From the NCBI GenBank assembly GCA_020137815.1, contig CM035352.1, forward strand, positions 6,324,001-6,388,000: a DNA stretch of 64,000 bases. Direction: 5' to 3'. The notes beneath the pieces were generated by a model, which worked only from the letters and a program-made list of their open reading frames with translations, ran no database searches and had not been told where the DNA came from. The position numbers and the translations under genes were made by a program. Source of the stretch: Hormiphora californensis. Taxonomy: Eukaryota; Animalia; Ctenophora. Positions 13,409 to 25,700 of the stretch are shown piece by piece (position 1 is the first letter of the stretch; the number at the start of each line of letters is the position of its first letter).

Positions 13409-15577
13409 CTCTCTCTCTCTCGGATCACGTGATCCAAGCTCAGCCATCTTATAATTACCATTCCTACTCTTCTAAAATATTTACCCAAATTCTCTTCGCC
13501 TATTATCTCCCCATAACTATTGTAACAAATAAAATATATTCTCCCCAAAAAATTAGTAAATATTTGTATCCTCCTGGCCTAACTCACTCTCAACCATGAT
13601 AAGATCATCAAATGTACCTATAAGAGGCTACAACAAAACTAAGAGCTTGAGCCCCGTTTTATAAGCTCTCAGAGGTCGAAAAAGTGCCCAAATAACAAAT
13701 TGGGCATAACTGGGTCAAATTGACCGAAATTATAATTTTTGTCCTGGAAACGCTAGTCATTAGAGAGCACTGAATGTGTTCATTGAAGGTAATAAACTCA
13801 CTGTCTCTTTGTCACAACAGCTCTCAGCACCTCCCCCTTCAGTGAGTAGATATGGGGGTGTAATGTTTCACCCTTCTTAATGAGTTTTGAGAATCACTCA
13901 TATTATCATCATGTTATGTATGATATTTAATCTATCGCAGGAATAGGATAGGTTAAAATAGAAAAAATCGACAAAATAAACAAATCAATAAGTTTTCACT
14001 CTTAGCCACTAATTATTGTCACCATTATTATACCCTATGACATGTATAATTGATGTGTAAAACATTTGAAGTAAGAAATATATACATTTGCCACCTTGAA
14101 AGGGTAAAGAATAAAATAAAAGCAATTGTTTTAAAAACGTCAATGTCCCTTTAAATTGGCCAATCTGACCCAATTATGCCCAATTGCAATTAGGGCACTT
14201 TTTCGACCTGTGAGAGCTTATAAAACTTACTCATGCGATTCAGTGCATCCAAATTATTGGAGTAAGAGCCCTAACATAGCTTTTACGGGAGAACAATTGT
14301 AACTCTGGTCAATTAGACCCAATTATGCCCAATTAAGGCACTTTTCCCACCACAAAAAGTTGCTCACGTTATTCAGTATATCAAAATTAGTCACATAGAG
14401 TGGTTTTTGCTTTGATAATTAAAATCAATTAGTTGATTTCAATTAGTTGCCTTTTTAGCCAAATTTTGGCCTGATCTTTGCACACGGGGTGGTGGAGTAG
14501 GCTGTAGTGTCCCTAAAATGACATGATGAAGTCCCTGGGGAATATAAAATAGAGTGGTTCTATTGGGCAAAATGAATCACATGTAATGTCACATGACCCT
14601 GTTTTAACCAATGACAGGATCTCTAACCGAAGCCATAACAATACTATTGTGCAACATAACGGCCATGGGAAAGTTTTAAAAACTTTGAGGAGCTTGAGCA
14701 CCGCGGTGATTATCATCACCTCATTATCCTGTAGACCCCCTTTCGTCGCCATGGCAACAATGGTACGGGGCTCAAGCTCTTAGTTTTGTTGTATGCCCTG
14801 ACTAATACAATCCACATCCTCCCGCTAATCACATTTCATATCTTCAGGTGTACAAAGCCAATGGAGTGTTTGACCCCCGCCGTCTCTTCGGAGTAACCAC
14901 CCTGGATGTTGTGCGAGCCAACACATTCATCTCGGAACTGAAGGGAACCCCAGTTACCCAGACCCAATGTCCTGTTATTGGTGGACACGCTGGTGTAACC
15001 ATCCTCCCCCTGCTCTCCCAAGTAGAGCCTTCCTGCACATTCGGTGATGAGGAGAGGGCTGCCCTCACCACCAGGATCCAGAATGCTGGTACTGAGGTTG
15101 TCGAAGCCAAGGCTGGAGGCGGATCTGCTACCCTCAGTATGGCCTATGCTGGTGCTCGGTTCGCTTTTGCTCTTCTGCAAGCCATGAATGGTGCAAAGAA
15201 CGTTGTCGAATGCAGCTACGTAAGTAAAAGGAGGATAATATTATCATTATGAATATGATTTTGTTATTGTGAGCCAAAGTTTAACTGAGAGAGAATTATT
15301 TAACATAATTCTCATTTCTTTTTCTCTATCCCAATTTTATAATCCTCCTCCCCCCCTTATATTAGTATATATATTAGTATAATCCTCCTGTTTCCAGGTC
15401 GAGAGTGACGTCACGGATATGCAGTTCTTCTCCACCCCTCTACTTCTCGGACCCAACGGTGTGGAACAGAACCTCGGCATGGGAACCCTCATAGATTTCG
15501 AACAGGAAGCCCTCGAGAAAATGAAACCTGAGTTGACAGGAAGCATCGAGAAGGGAATCAAGTTTGCCAACCAGTAA
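2284..15577 (+). CDS. MDH2: Mitochondrial malate dehydrogenase, 5 exons, 339 aa
   Basis: Exons 2284-2430, 2811-2946, 3083-3267, 14848-15219 and 15398-15577 join in frame over GT-AG introns (1020 nt). Transit peptide, [83 protein letters not shown]. Confidence 0.97.
2470..2824 (+). repeat. 21-bp minisatellite (ctcccctcag|tctacccttat) built from the MDH2 exon-2 acceptor junction
   Basis: About 15 degenerate copies fill intron 1. The last copy is the acceptor (AG at 2809-2810) that gives [11 protein letters not shown]. Confidence 0.9.
5868..7257. mobile_element. Non-autonomous foldback DNA transposon, TTAA TSD, GG...CC ends (Kolobok-like)
   Basis: ttaa|gggtacgctaacc ... ggttagcgtaccc|ttaa; ~600 bp inverted arms; TSDs at 5864-5867 and 7258-7261. 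Confidence 0.9.
7272..7721. mobile_element. MITE, TTAA TSD, AG...CT ends (Kolobok-like)
   Basis: ttaa|aggttgacaagatacc ... ggtatcttgtcaacct|ttaa; ~93 bp perfect TIRs. Confidence 0.9.
10019..11258. mobile_element. Mariner-like non-autonomous element, TA TSD
   Basis: ta|ttaggttgttccacaatgat ... atcattgtggaacaacctaa|ta. The paralogous empty site ccttggTAtctccc is at ~12675-12688. Confidence 0.92.
10808..11135. mobile_element. Nested MITE with poly-G/poly-C termini and an internal 10-bp minisatellite (tgttacaaag)
   Basis: (c)aaaacta|G(n)tgacacgtaacac ... gtgttacgtgtcaC(n)|aaaacta; 7-8 bp TSD; sits inside the mariner-like element. Confidence 0.85.
11570..12303 (-). pseudogene. Truncated tandem duplicate of the 5' part of the LDLa receptor gene
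   Basis: Near-identical to ~8940-9636 ([20 protein letters not shown]...). It has TCA>TAA at 12031-12033 and several small deletions downstream. The upstream flank is duplicated as well. Confidence 0.9.
12725..13165. mobile_element. Poly-G/poly-C-ended element with 8-bp TSD, containing a nested TA-type MITE (~12764-13008)
   Basis: gagttacc|G(n)caacg ... cgttgC(n)|gagttacc; empty site gagttacctcataat at ~11295-11309. Inner TIRs taccttactctcgtt / aacgagagtaaggta. Confidence 0.88.
13631..14791. mobile_element. Non-autonomous TIR element, TA TSD
   Basis: ta|caacaaaactaagagcttgagccccgt ... acggggctcaagctcttagttttgttg|ta; further inverted subrepeats inside. Confidence 0.85.
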
Positions 15578-15877
15578 TCAGGATATATGTCACGCGTCTG
15601 ACAAGATTTGTCAGAAAATAATACCTGGCCCTCTCGAGACAGTAGTAGTCATTGTCACATGGGTGATAATAAGCCACATTGGAGTTAAAAAAGTTTGAGT
15701 TACAGAGTGTCATTTTGTTGTATTTATTGCTTCGTTCTCAACTTTCCTACATTTTCTGTTGTTTTCCCTCGCCCCACAGTCCATTTTTTACCTCTTTTTC
15801 CAGTAGTCCCCCACTCTCTAACCTACTGTCCCCCTCCCCCATGATACTAACCAGCCTCCTCCCTCCTCTCTCTAGCT

Positions 15878-16192
15878 ATGCCACAAGTAGTGCTACGACT
15901 CCGGGACACCCTAGACAAATGGGGGCTAGTTGAACTCCAAGGTATGGTGGAGTGCCCCAATTCGGTAACCCTCCAGGGAGCACACATTGGGGACCTCCAC
16001 TTGGATTCCAAGGGGACCCCTCACCTGGTTATTGGGCATCATCTCCTTACGGGGAAGATCCAGAAGCTGGATAAACCATTTGGGGTGATGGAGAAAGTGG
16101 GAGATAAGGAGTGGAGAGTGTCGGCTATATTGGAGGAGAAATACATCTTTAAAACGAGACCTAAACCAATCATTGAGAAGGCGAAGAGCTGA
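15878..16192 (+). CDS. CTF8: Chromosome transmission fidelity protein 8, single exon, 104 aa
   Basis: W.LVELQG, IGDL, LVIGHHLLTGKI.KL.KPF and IFKTRPKPII match the Ctf8 family pattern. Confidence 0.93.
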   Translation: MPQVVLRLRDTLDKWGLVELQGMVECPNSVTLQGAHIGDLHLDSKGTPHLVIGHHLLTGKIQKLDKPFGVMEKVGDKEWRVSAILEEKYIFKTRPKPIIEKAKS

Positions 16193-16448
16193 ATAAATCG
16201 AGAAAAAAATAAATCATCGTTCAAATGGAGTATAAAAAGACTGACACCCTACGATCTCATCATATCTTTAAAGGGGTGATTTCTGAATTTCGACCAATAC
16301 AGTGCAGTGAGCCAGCCCCAACCCCCTGAGTGCAGATTGCAGAATTTGGCACTGATAAAGTCACAAGGTCGGTGTTGTATGTGAGGTGTGCTGCACATGT
16401 ATAAAGATAACAACGGCACCCCGTTATTAGCCTCACGCACCCGCCTTT

Positions 16449-16536
<88 letters not shown>

Positions 16537-16707
16537 CCCTCGCTTATCACTTCCTCACGAGGGCTCTATTATATGTTGTATTCTCTTGATTTCAGTTATT
16601 TGATTTTGTGTACCCCACATATTTGCTGGGAAAAATATCAATGTGGTAATCTGTTTTCAACGTTGGTGATTTTCAATATTTTCTAATCCACCGATACCTT
16701 CTAGCCG

Positions 16708-19700
16708 ATGTTACGGTTCGTACTATTAGCGTTGCTGGTAGCAACGGTTGTCAGCTACCAAAAGGGATGTCGAGATCCCGAGGGTGAGTAAAACTTAAAT
16801 AACTCCCGGGGCCCGGGCTAAGCATGGCACTTTGTATGAACTTAAATATAATTTTAATCTCCTGACTCCTCTATTTCAGCCAAATTTAGCCGAGGCGAGA
16901 AGATTCTAACAGCACGGCCCCATGAGAACATTAACGTCAAGGATCTGCCAGCAGAGTGGGACTGGGGAAACATCGAGGGGGTCAACTATTTAACTGCCAC
17001 CCGGAATCAGCACATCCCAGTTTGTAAGTGTAAATAGGCGTTGAAAGTTTGAAGCGGGAACAAAGGGAGGAGGATGTAAGTTTGATTTGGGAATGAGATT
17101 CATGTCAAGAACTGTCCCACATTCCACAATGCCACTCACACAGTTATACTAGTAGATACAACTCATTTACCAATATAATGTCCCTGCAGATTGTGGAAGC
17201 TGCTGGGCTATGGGGAACCACCTCAGCCCTCAGTGACAGGATCTCCATCCTCCGAAACAACACCTGGCCCAGAATCCAACTCGCCCCTCAGGTACTGCAC
17301 GGGGTTTTTTACATTGGGGGGGTATGGGGTTTATTTTCTCTGTGTAAACTGATACCCCTCCATGCCTACTGGGGCATGCATCTCTGCCCGGTTCGGAGAG
17401 GTCAGAGTCACGTTATTCTAATCCTCTCTTCCCCCTACCTAACCATCTCTCCCTACACAGGTGCTGGTGAACTGTCGAGGAGGTGGCAGCTGTGAGGGTG
17501 GTAACCCAGCCGCAGCCCTGGAATACATCGAGGCAAAGGGAATACCTGATGAGACGTGTCAGAACTACGTGGCCAAGGATGGGGAATGTCAACCCCTGGG
17601 TGTCTGTGAAACATGCGATCCCGACACTGGGGTGAGTTGAAGTTGGGCTTCTGTAGTTCTTCTAAGGCCCGGGATGGGACGTTGTCATACTACATGACTG
17701 TGATGTCGTGCACGCTAGTAGCGTATTCCTGAAGTCCTTATCAGAAAGAAACAATATTTCTGAAAGGAATTAAGAAATCAGCAAAATAACAAAAAAATTA
17801 GATTAAAACTAAATATGTTTTTTTCCCGAAAAAAGTCTCAAGAAACCAGCAAAATAATAATGGATTTCGATCTGAAATAAGCAACTGTTTTTTTGAAAAA
17901 GTCTAAGCTAACATCTATTGTTGGTTATATACCGCGTGGGCCAATAAAAAGGGAGGGTCTTAAATCTTCGATTTCTCCGGCACCTTAATTTCAATGGTTC
18001 TGAAATTTTGACACAATGTTGTCGGGCTTATGCCAGATATGTGTACAGAGTTTCAAGTTCAAAAATGCAGAAATTCATTAATGAACTTAAATTCCCGTTT
18101 TTTTAGTTAATTGAAGGTTTTCCCTTGTTCCAAGTTGATTTTGATCGCAAAATAGCAGCCAATCAAAAGTGTTAACATTTATCAATGGCAATCTGAAATT
18201 TCATTGAAAATGAATAAAGTTTAGTGGGTGAAATTAATGAATTAAAAATGATCATTTTTTCAAAAAATTTATTTTCGCTGAAAATGAGAGATTTGCACTG
18301 TAGAGATGAAATTAAAACCTAACTGGGTTATGATTTAATCATTTAAGTTCATTCTGGTATGAAAAACTGTTAAATTCAAAAAAATTAATTTTTTTAAATT
18401 TTTGTTTTTTTAAATTTTTTTCGTTAATAACTGCATAAATTAACATTTAACCGATAGTCCATTAACAAACCGTTAGTTGAGACATTTGTAAATCGAAACC
18501 TTGCTAATGGAAGCTTGTTAATGCTTATACTGATTGGTAACAACAAGCGTCATGTGACCTCCATGCAAGCAAGAAGAAACGTAACCAGGGTGTGACAAAA
18601 TCTTGTTAGCAAGATTGCAATTGGTCTCCAATGCCCTCTGTTGTACCTAGTATGTATCAGATATCTGGCGTGGAGTACAAAAGAGGTTCCTGGAAAACAA
18701 AAAATATGGACTAGAGAAAACCTACATTGGCTTAAAAACATGAATTTAGGTTCATTAATGAATTTCTGCATTTTTGAACTTGAAACTCTGTACACATATC
18801 TGGCATAAGCTCAACAACATTGTGTCAAAATTTCAGAACCATTGGAATTAAGGTGCCGGAGAAATCTAAGATTTAAGACCCTCCCTTTTTATTGGCCCAC
18901 GCGGTATATCGTTCATTCTGTACAACGTGTTATCATGGATAGGCCATAAAATGCTTCGTTACGTTTTTGGTCCAGTCGTGTTTTTGCAATGTCTGATAAA
19001 CTCATACCCAACTACGTTAACACCAGATGACCGTTCAGCCATGAGCCACCACAGGGTTAGCTGCACCTGGTCTTGCACCAGCACCAGTCGAGGCAGCAGC
19101 AGATGTTCCTGCAGCACCACTCACCACACCCACACGAGCAGCAGGAGGTGCTGGTCTTCTCATCCAGTCGGGGCAGCAGCAGATGTTCCTGCAGCACCAC
19201 TCACCACACGAGCAGCAGGAGGTGCGGGTCTTCTCATCCTGAGAATCAGGTTCCTGAAAAACTTCTGAACCTTGGTTAGATCTGCGTGGAACATGGGGTT
19301 GAGTGCACTGTTTGCTGGCAGAATGCCCACTCCAGTCATCTCGTACCAGGCAGGGAGGACCACCTTATCAGCCACCATCACATAGATCATGAGGCCTGTT
19401 AGGAAGAGCCAACTAACGAGTTTCATCCCGACCAGCTTAGCAACTTTTACCCGTATGTCCGGGGCTGTAGAAGCAGCGTTAGTAGTGGGCCTGGCAAGTT
19501 GCTCCTTCACAATAAGACAGTAGGACACTGTTATCATTGCTAGAATCACACATATCACCGTCATGTAGCAGACCTTGTAGTAGAATATTCCGCCCTCACT
19601 ACGCCTCGAAAAGAAGTCAGATAGACAGACAGGGGACCAACCATAGAATGAAGTCTCAACAAATTCGTAGATTTCCGGGCGGTTTGTGGTGGTTTTCAGA

Positions 19701-22700
19701 GCCTCTACCATGCTGTACAATGGTGGGGTGCTCCCTGACACGTTGAAGACCTCCCTGTAGACCCTATCGAACTCTGAGTAATTAGTGGCACCTGGTGGAT
19801 TTTAACAGGATTAAACAGGATTAAAACAGGATTATAGATAGATGGTATTGTGCTGATAGATCTTAGTTCCCTAAGCTAGAAAGTAGACCTTGCTCGAACC
19901 TGTTTCTCCGGATTAGAACATAACAACACCTTACCTCGTGTTATGAATGGGTTACCTCGTGTTATGAATGGGTTATCGTTCACTATGAACAGACCACTCC
20001 GATAGAAATCCTGGATCGGGGCGTATTTAATCAAAGGGAGGACTGCGTTAGCCATGTTGAAGATGGCCAACATGGCTGACACACCGTACACGATTCTCGG
20101 TTTGATACCGTCTGAGAACCTGTGTAAAAGAAAATGTTAGATACCATTTGGTTTCTTGGCTATGAAATACCCCTACCTGTAGTCGCTTTGCTTTGCTTTT
20201 ACCTGTAGATGATCTTATAGGCTCTGGTTCCACTGATGAGAAGGACAGTAACCAAGGACCCGTGACTCGAGAAGCTAAAGAGAACGCCCAAACAGGAACA
20301 ATATATCCCCGACCTCCACTCCTTATCGTGGTTACAGAACTCCCCCACGTAATAGAAATGTGCTATTGTAAGAAGAAGCAGGAAGAAACCCATTCCCAGA
20401 TCGTACAGGATCAGAACAAGCCGGAGGAATTTATCGACCCGGATGTGTGGATGTGAGCTGTACTCAAACCCAAACGTTAGGACATTAATCAGATTACAAA
20501 AGAAGATGAGAACAGTGATGATGATTGTCAGCATGACAAGACTAAAGTGTTTGATGATATTCTGGTCGCTCGAGAATGCTCCACTGACACAGTGGTAGCA
20601 CTCGTCCAGCCCCGTTGCACAATCCCGGACACCATTACAGAGGCGTTCTGGATCAGTCCAGGTGATGTTTTCATCCTCGCAGTAGAACCGGCCCGGACAG
20701 AGCTTCTCATCGTCCAACCCCGGACAATCCCTCACTCCATCACAAAACTGGTCCAGGCTGATCTGCCGGGTGATCCCATCTGTCTCGTTGAGATCTACAC
20801 ACTCGTAGGAGAGTGTTTCAAGGGGAATGTAAACGCCTCGACCCCACCTTAGTTGGTTGCAGAAGATCTCTGGAACACCCATTCGGACGAAACAGGTGCG
20901 CATGCAAATAAAGAAGATCTCATTCCGGATTACTTGCAGCATACTGATACACTTGCGAAGGGGAGTCAGCATCTCGTGGTCGATGTTTTCCACCACACAT
21001 GTCTCATTACACACACCCATAGCAGCCTCAGGTTCAGGGATAGTACACACGTTTATATCAATGGGTCTTTTCTCGTATCGAGGCTCTTCAAGGACGGTGT
21101 AGTTGCATGTAAGTGGTTTGGCCTCCTCACACGCACTTTCATCCTCACCCCCGGGGCAATCAAATTTCCCATCACACAGCTGATCGAAGGTGACGCAACC
21201 CGTTACATTACCCTGGCAGTAGTGGAGGGAGGTGTTTGTCCTATCCGGACAATCACACTCATCTAGGAGGCAGTGAGAGACCCCATCACACCACAGGATA
21301 TTGTTAACAGAACACTCCCACTCTTGTTCCAGACATGGCCCCATCAGCCGGGTAGTTGTCCCCCAGTCATTCCAGCTGCAGGTGTAGAGAGGGGACGGGA
21401 CAAAGGGGCACGTTTGATTTTCCAGCATTGGGTTACCTCCTTTCATGTTGAACTGGTTGACTTGGTTACAGCGGAGGTTCCTTGAGCCGTCACACATGTT
21501 CATCCAAAGTTGGGAGTGTAGGAGATCGAACACCCTCCCTTGGGTCGTCAGGAGGAGGAGGAGGAGGAGGGGAAACATTGCTGCCAACAATCGACCGAAT
21601 CAAGTAAACAACCAATCAGAACTCGTTATTTAGGTCACGTGACTGGTAATCAGCCAATCAGGGACCAGTATTCACTGGTTCGGTCGGTTCCTAATAGCTG
21701 CAGTAGTACAGTTGTTGTGATCAGTGGAGGGGGAGATGCTTTTATAGCAGTCCGATAGGGGCAGAGTCTACTAAGAAATGGTGGAGCCACCGATATACGC
21801 AGAATTCTATCAGTTTTGTGCCCCCATCATGGGGTAGTGGGGGAGAGTTAGTTAGAGACTGAGAGGTCAAGAGGCGCAGAATTCAGGGGGCGTATATATT
21901 TTTATTTCTTTATTTTACGAAACAAATAAATATAATTGCTCCCCGATTAATATTTTTACGGGGGGTATGGTACAGCCATTGATTGGTTGATATTTATAGC
22001 GGGTGGGAGAATAATTTCTTGGTAAATAATACCACTCCCGTAAAATATTGATCGGGGGAGCGCTTATATTGTTAGTTTCGTAAAATAAAGAAATAAAAAT
22101 ATATACGCCCCCTGAATTCTGCGCCTCTTGGCCTCTCAGTCTCTAACTAACTTTCCCCCACTACCCCATGATGGGGCCACCACGGAACTAACTGTTCCAT
22201 TTCTACCCCACTCAGTGCTCTTGACCTCTCAGTGCCTCTAACTACCTCTCCCACTCTCAGTGTTCCCCGATCGAAGAATACGACAACTACAAAGTCAGCG
22301 AGTACGGCTCTGTGAAGGGTGCTGATCGAATGAAGGCCGAGATTTATGCCCGTGGCCCCATTGGATGTGGTATCATGGTGACGGATAAGTTCGAGAACTA
22401 TACGAGTGGAATTTACAGCGAGTGGAAGTTGTGGCCGGTTATCAACCACGAGATCTCCATTGTGGGATGGGGTGTTGAGGGTGGGGTTGAGTTTTGGTGG
22501 TTGAGGAATAGCTGGGGCAGCTACTGGGGTCTTAACGGATTTGCCAAGTAAGAGAACCTGCTAGTCGAACCTTGAATGTGTGTTTGTATGTGTGAGAATG
22601 TATATTGTCAACTTTTTTCTGGGTGAAGCCCAACGCTTGTAAAGGTCCAAAATGAAACAATTCCAACTACCCCCTGTAGGGTTATGATGCACAAGAATAA

Positions 22701-25700
22701 CCTGGCTCTAGAGACGGATTGTACATGGGGTGTTCCAATTGTTGAATCTGTATCTGCCAACAAGAAGGAAGAGAAACCAGCCGTTATGTCTAGCTCCGAG
22801 AAGCCTATGAGCAAGCCGTCTTGCATCAAACGTGACCAGGTAGATCATGATACTCTTTGAAATATACCTCCAGCGAAAGTTACGATCCCGATCTTACCCG
22901 GCATATATACATTCGGACCCCGATTTACCGAGATACTCGGGGGAAGTGTTTTGCCGGTTGCCCGGTAAACCGGGGTTCCGGTAAATCGGGGGTCCGACTG
23001 TAATAAACAGCCACTAATTATCCCGGGTGTGTTTCAGAAAACTAAAACCCATGTGAAGACCCCCCAACCACACACATACCTGAACCCGGAGGACCTGCCC
23101 ACCTCCTATGACCCCAGGAACATGAACGGAAAGGATTACACTACAGTGAACAGAAATCAGCACATTCCAGTTTGTAAGTGACCTTTCATTACCATGTTAC
23201 GCTGTACGCAATACACAGATTGTAGTTTTGTGCTGGAAACTCTTTATATTTATTTTGCGATTTTTATTCTACTCTCTCCCTCATTGATTCTACAAAAATT
23301 ATCAATTCTACTCTCTCTCCTACCCAGATTGTGGGAGTTGTTGGGCCCATGGAACTACCTCAGCCCTGGCAGATAGGATTAAGATCATGAGAGATGCAGT
23401 GTTCCCTGACATCAACCTGTCCCCTCAACCCCTAGTTGATTGTGTATCTGCTAATGAAACTAACGGTACATCATGTGACAGATAAACCTACAGACAGACA
23501 AATTACCCACTCTGACAGACAGACAGGCACATTACGCACTACGACTAACGACTTACAGATAGACAGATTTCACAACTACTTAATAACAAGGTACCTTCAT
23601 CCTCAATAATCCATAGCATTTCTACCTTCTACCTACCTCCTTCCTAGGTTGTTTTGGAGGTGATCCTACAGCTGCCTATAGCTGGATCTATGATAACGGG
23701 GTTACTGATGACACGTGTTCAATTTACACGGCACACAACGATGACTGCAGTGCAATTAACATCTGTAAAAACTGCATGCCCACACAAATATTCCCTGTCA
23801 TCAAGTACAAGTGCTGGGCTGTTGATCAATATTACAAGGTAATGAATTGTTTGTAGTCACGTGACCTAAATAACCAGTTCTGATTGGTTGTTTACTTGTT
23901 TCGGTCGGTTCCTGTTTGTAGCATATCAGCTTGAAGTTGTATTTGTCTGGAGAAAACAAAATCGGCTGTTTTGAGATACCACACAACGCATTTTGTTGTG
24001 GGTTATCGGATATCAAAAGCTCCGAAAGTGACTTTATCTCCTCTCCTAGGAGAGAGAGATGAAGTCACCAATTCGGACCTTTTGATAAACACGTGCTGTA
24101 CCTTCATTTGGATGGGTTTACCAGGCACCAGGAATACTGTTACCAGTTACAATAAACTCTCCCACCTCACAGTACACCCCAGTCCCCACTAAACTACCCT
24201 CCCATCCGACAGTACGAGATTGAGGAACACGGTCAAGTTAGTGGAGAGCATGCCATGATGGCTGAGATAGCTGCCAGGGGACCTATCGGGTGTGGGCTGT
24301 GTGCCAATGAGAACTTCGAGAACTACAAGGGTGGGATATTTAATGACCCCACCGCTCCCAAGGTAAATCCATACTGTGGGGGGTACGTCACCTTTTTTTT
24401 TGCCCACTGCCCACATTATTCTTAAATTTTGAATTTGCCATATGGGAAATAGTTGGAGACAAGTTTGCAAAATTGGCACAAGTTAGGCAAACATTTTGAA
24501 TTTCATAAAAATAATCTAAACAGTGTTAATGTCTTAAAAGGTTTTTTCACTCACATTCTCCTAGGTCCCCTACGGTAATTCATAATTTATTTTTGCTACA
24601 AGTTGAAAGGCTTTCTATTTCCAAACTGGAAATGGGAATATATTGTTGGCAAATTTAGGAAAAATTGGTCTTTTAGGCACGTTTCTCACATGGTTGGAGT
24701 GGCAAATTAATCTAATCCTGGTATTTTGGGACCCCATGGAGTAAATCAAATCCGACCAAACCTTAGGTATGATTCTTCGGCAAATCCCCCCAAAATGAAG
24801 AAAATCATGGCCTTTGCCTATATTTTGCCAAGTTTTTTTGTCGAAAACAATTTTGTTTGACATGAAGCCTTATTCACCCTAATTCGTATCAAAGCTCCGA
24901 AAGTACTTATCGTTGCATCCATAGAGGGACTCTGTGACCAATTCGTGCTTTTGATAAACACTTGTCTCGAGGTTTTTGTAAATTTTGATCTATAATATTT
25001 TTACCCTTCTTTGGCCCATTTACCCACCACAATACTTTACCGTTTTTGAGATTTGGTTTGCCCCATTGGCAAATGGGCCAAAAGTGAAAATAATCGACAG
25101 TACAGAGAGCCCCCGCAATATGAACATGATATGGTTGAATAGTGCTGGTTGATACTATGGTTTGTTTGGTACTTGGAGCCCATAATTTAGACATCAGGAA
25201 GTTGGTTTAGGCCCTTACACTTCCAGTAATTCCCTTCTCACTCCATTCTATTTTGCTTATTGTCCGTCTTTTTTATAGCTCCCATATTCAACCACTTGTT
25301 GTTTACGGGCCAACTTTCTGGCTTCCTCCTCATCTTTATTCTTCAACTCACTGTCCTCTATCATCCTCTGTTTACACTCCTTACTCCCCAGCACCTAAAG
25401 GTAGACCCTGGTACCTCTTGAGTAACACTAGTGTTAACAAACGTCGTCTGTCATCCTCTTTACAACGTATAATACCAACCCCCCATTCCATGACAGGTAG
25501 AATCACCGGACTTTTATTGACCTGGTTGACTTATAACTGTAGCCTAAATTACTGAACCGGGATCATGTAATGAACAGGAACCCAATCCAATCCTGGCATT
25601 GGAGTACAGTCTTCACGAGATTTCTATTGTGGCTATGGAGTTAGATATGACTAAAACTAATGTGCGACTCATGTAAGTGAAACCTAGGAGAACTGTCAGA

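Noticed and set aside
17205-17220. Programmed frameshift in cathepsin Z exon 3
   Set aside because: A single extra G in a G run; a sequencing indel is far more likely.
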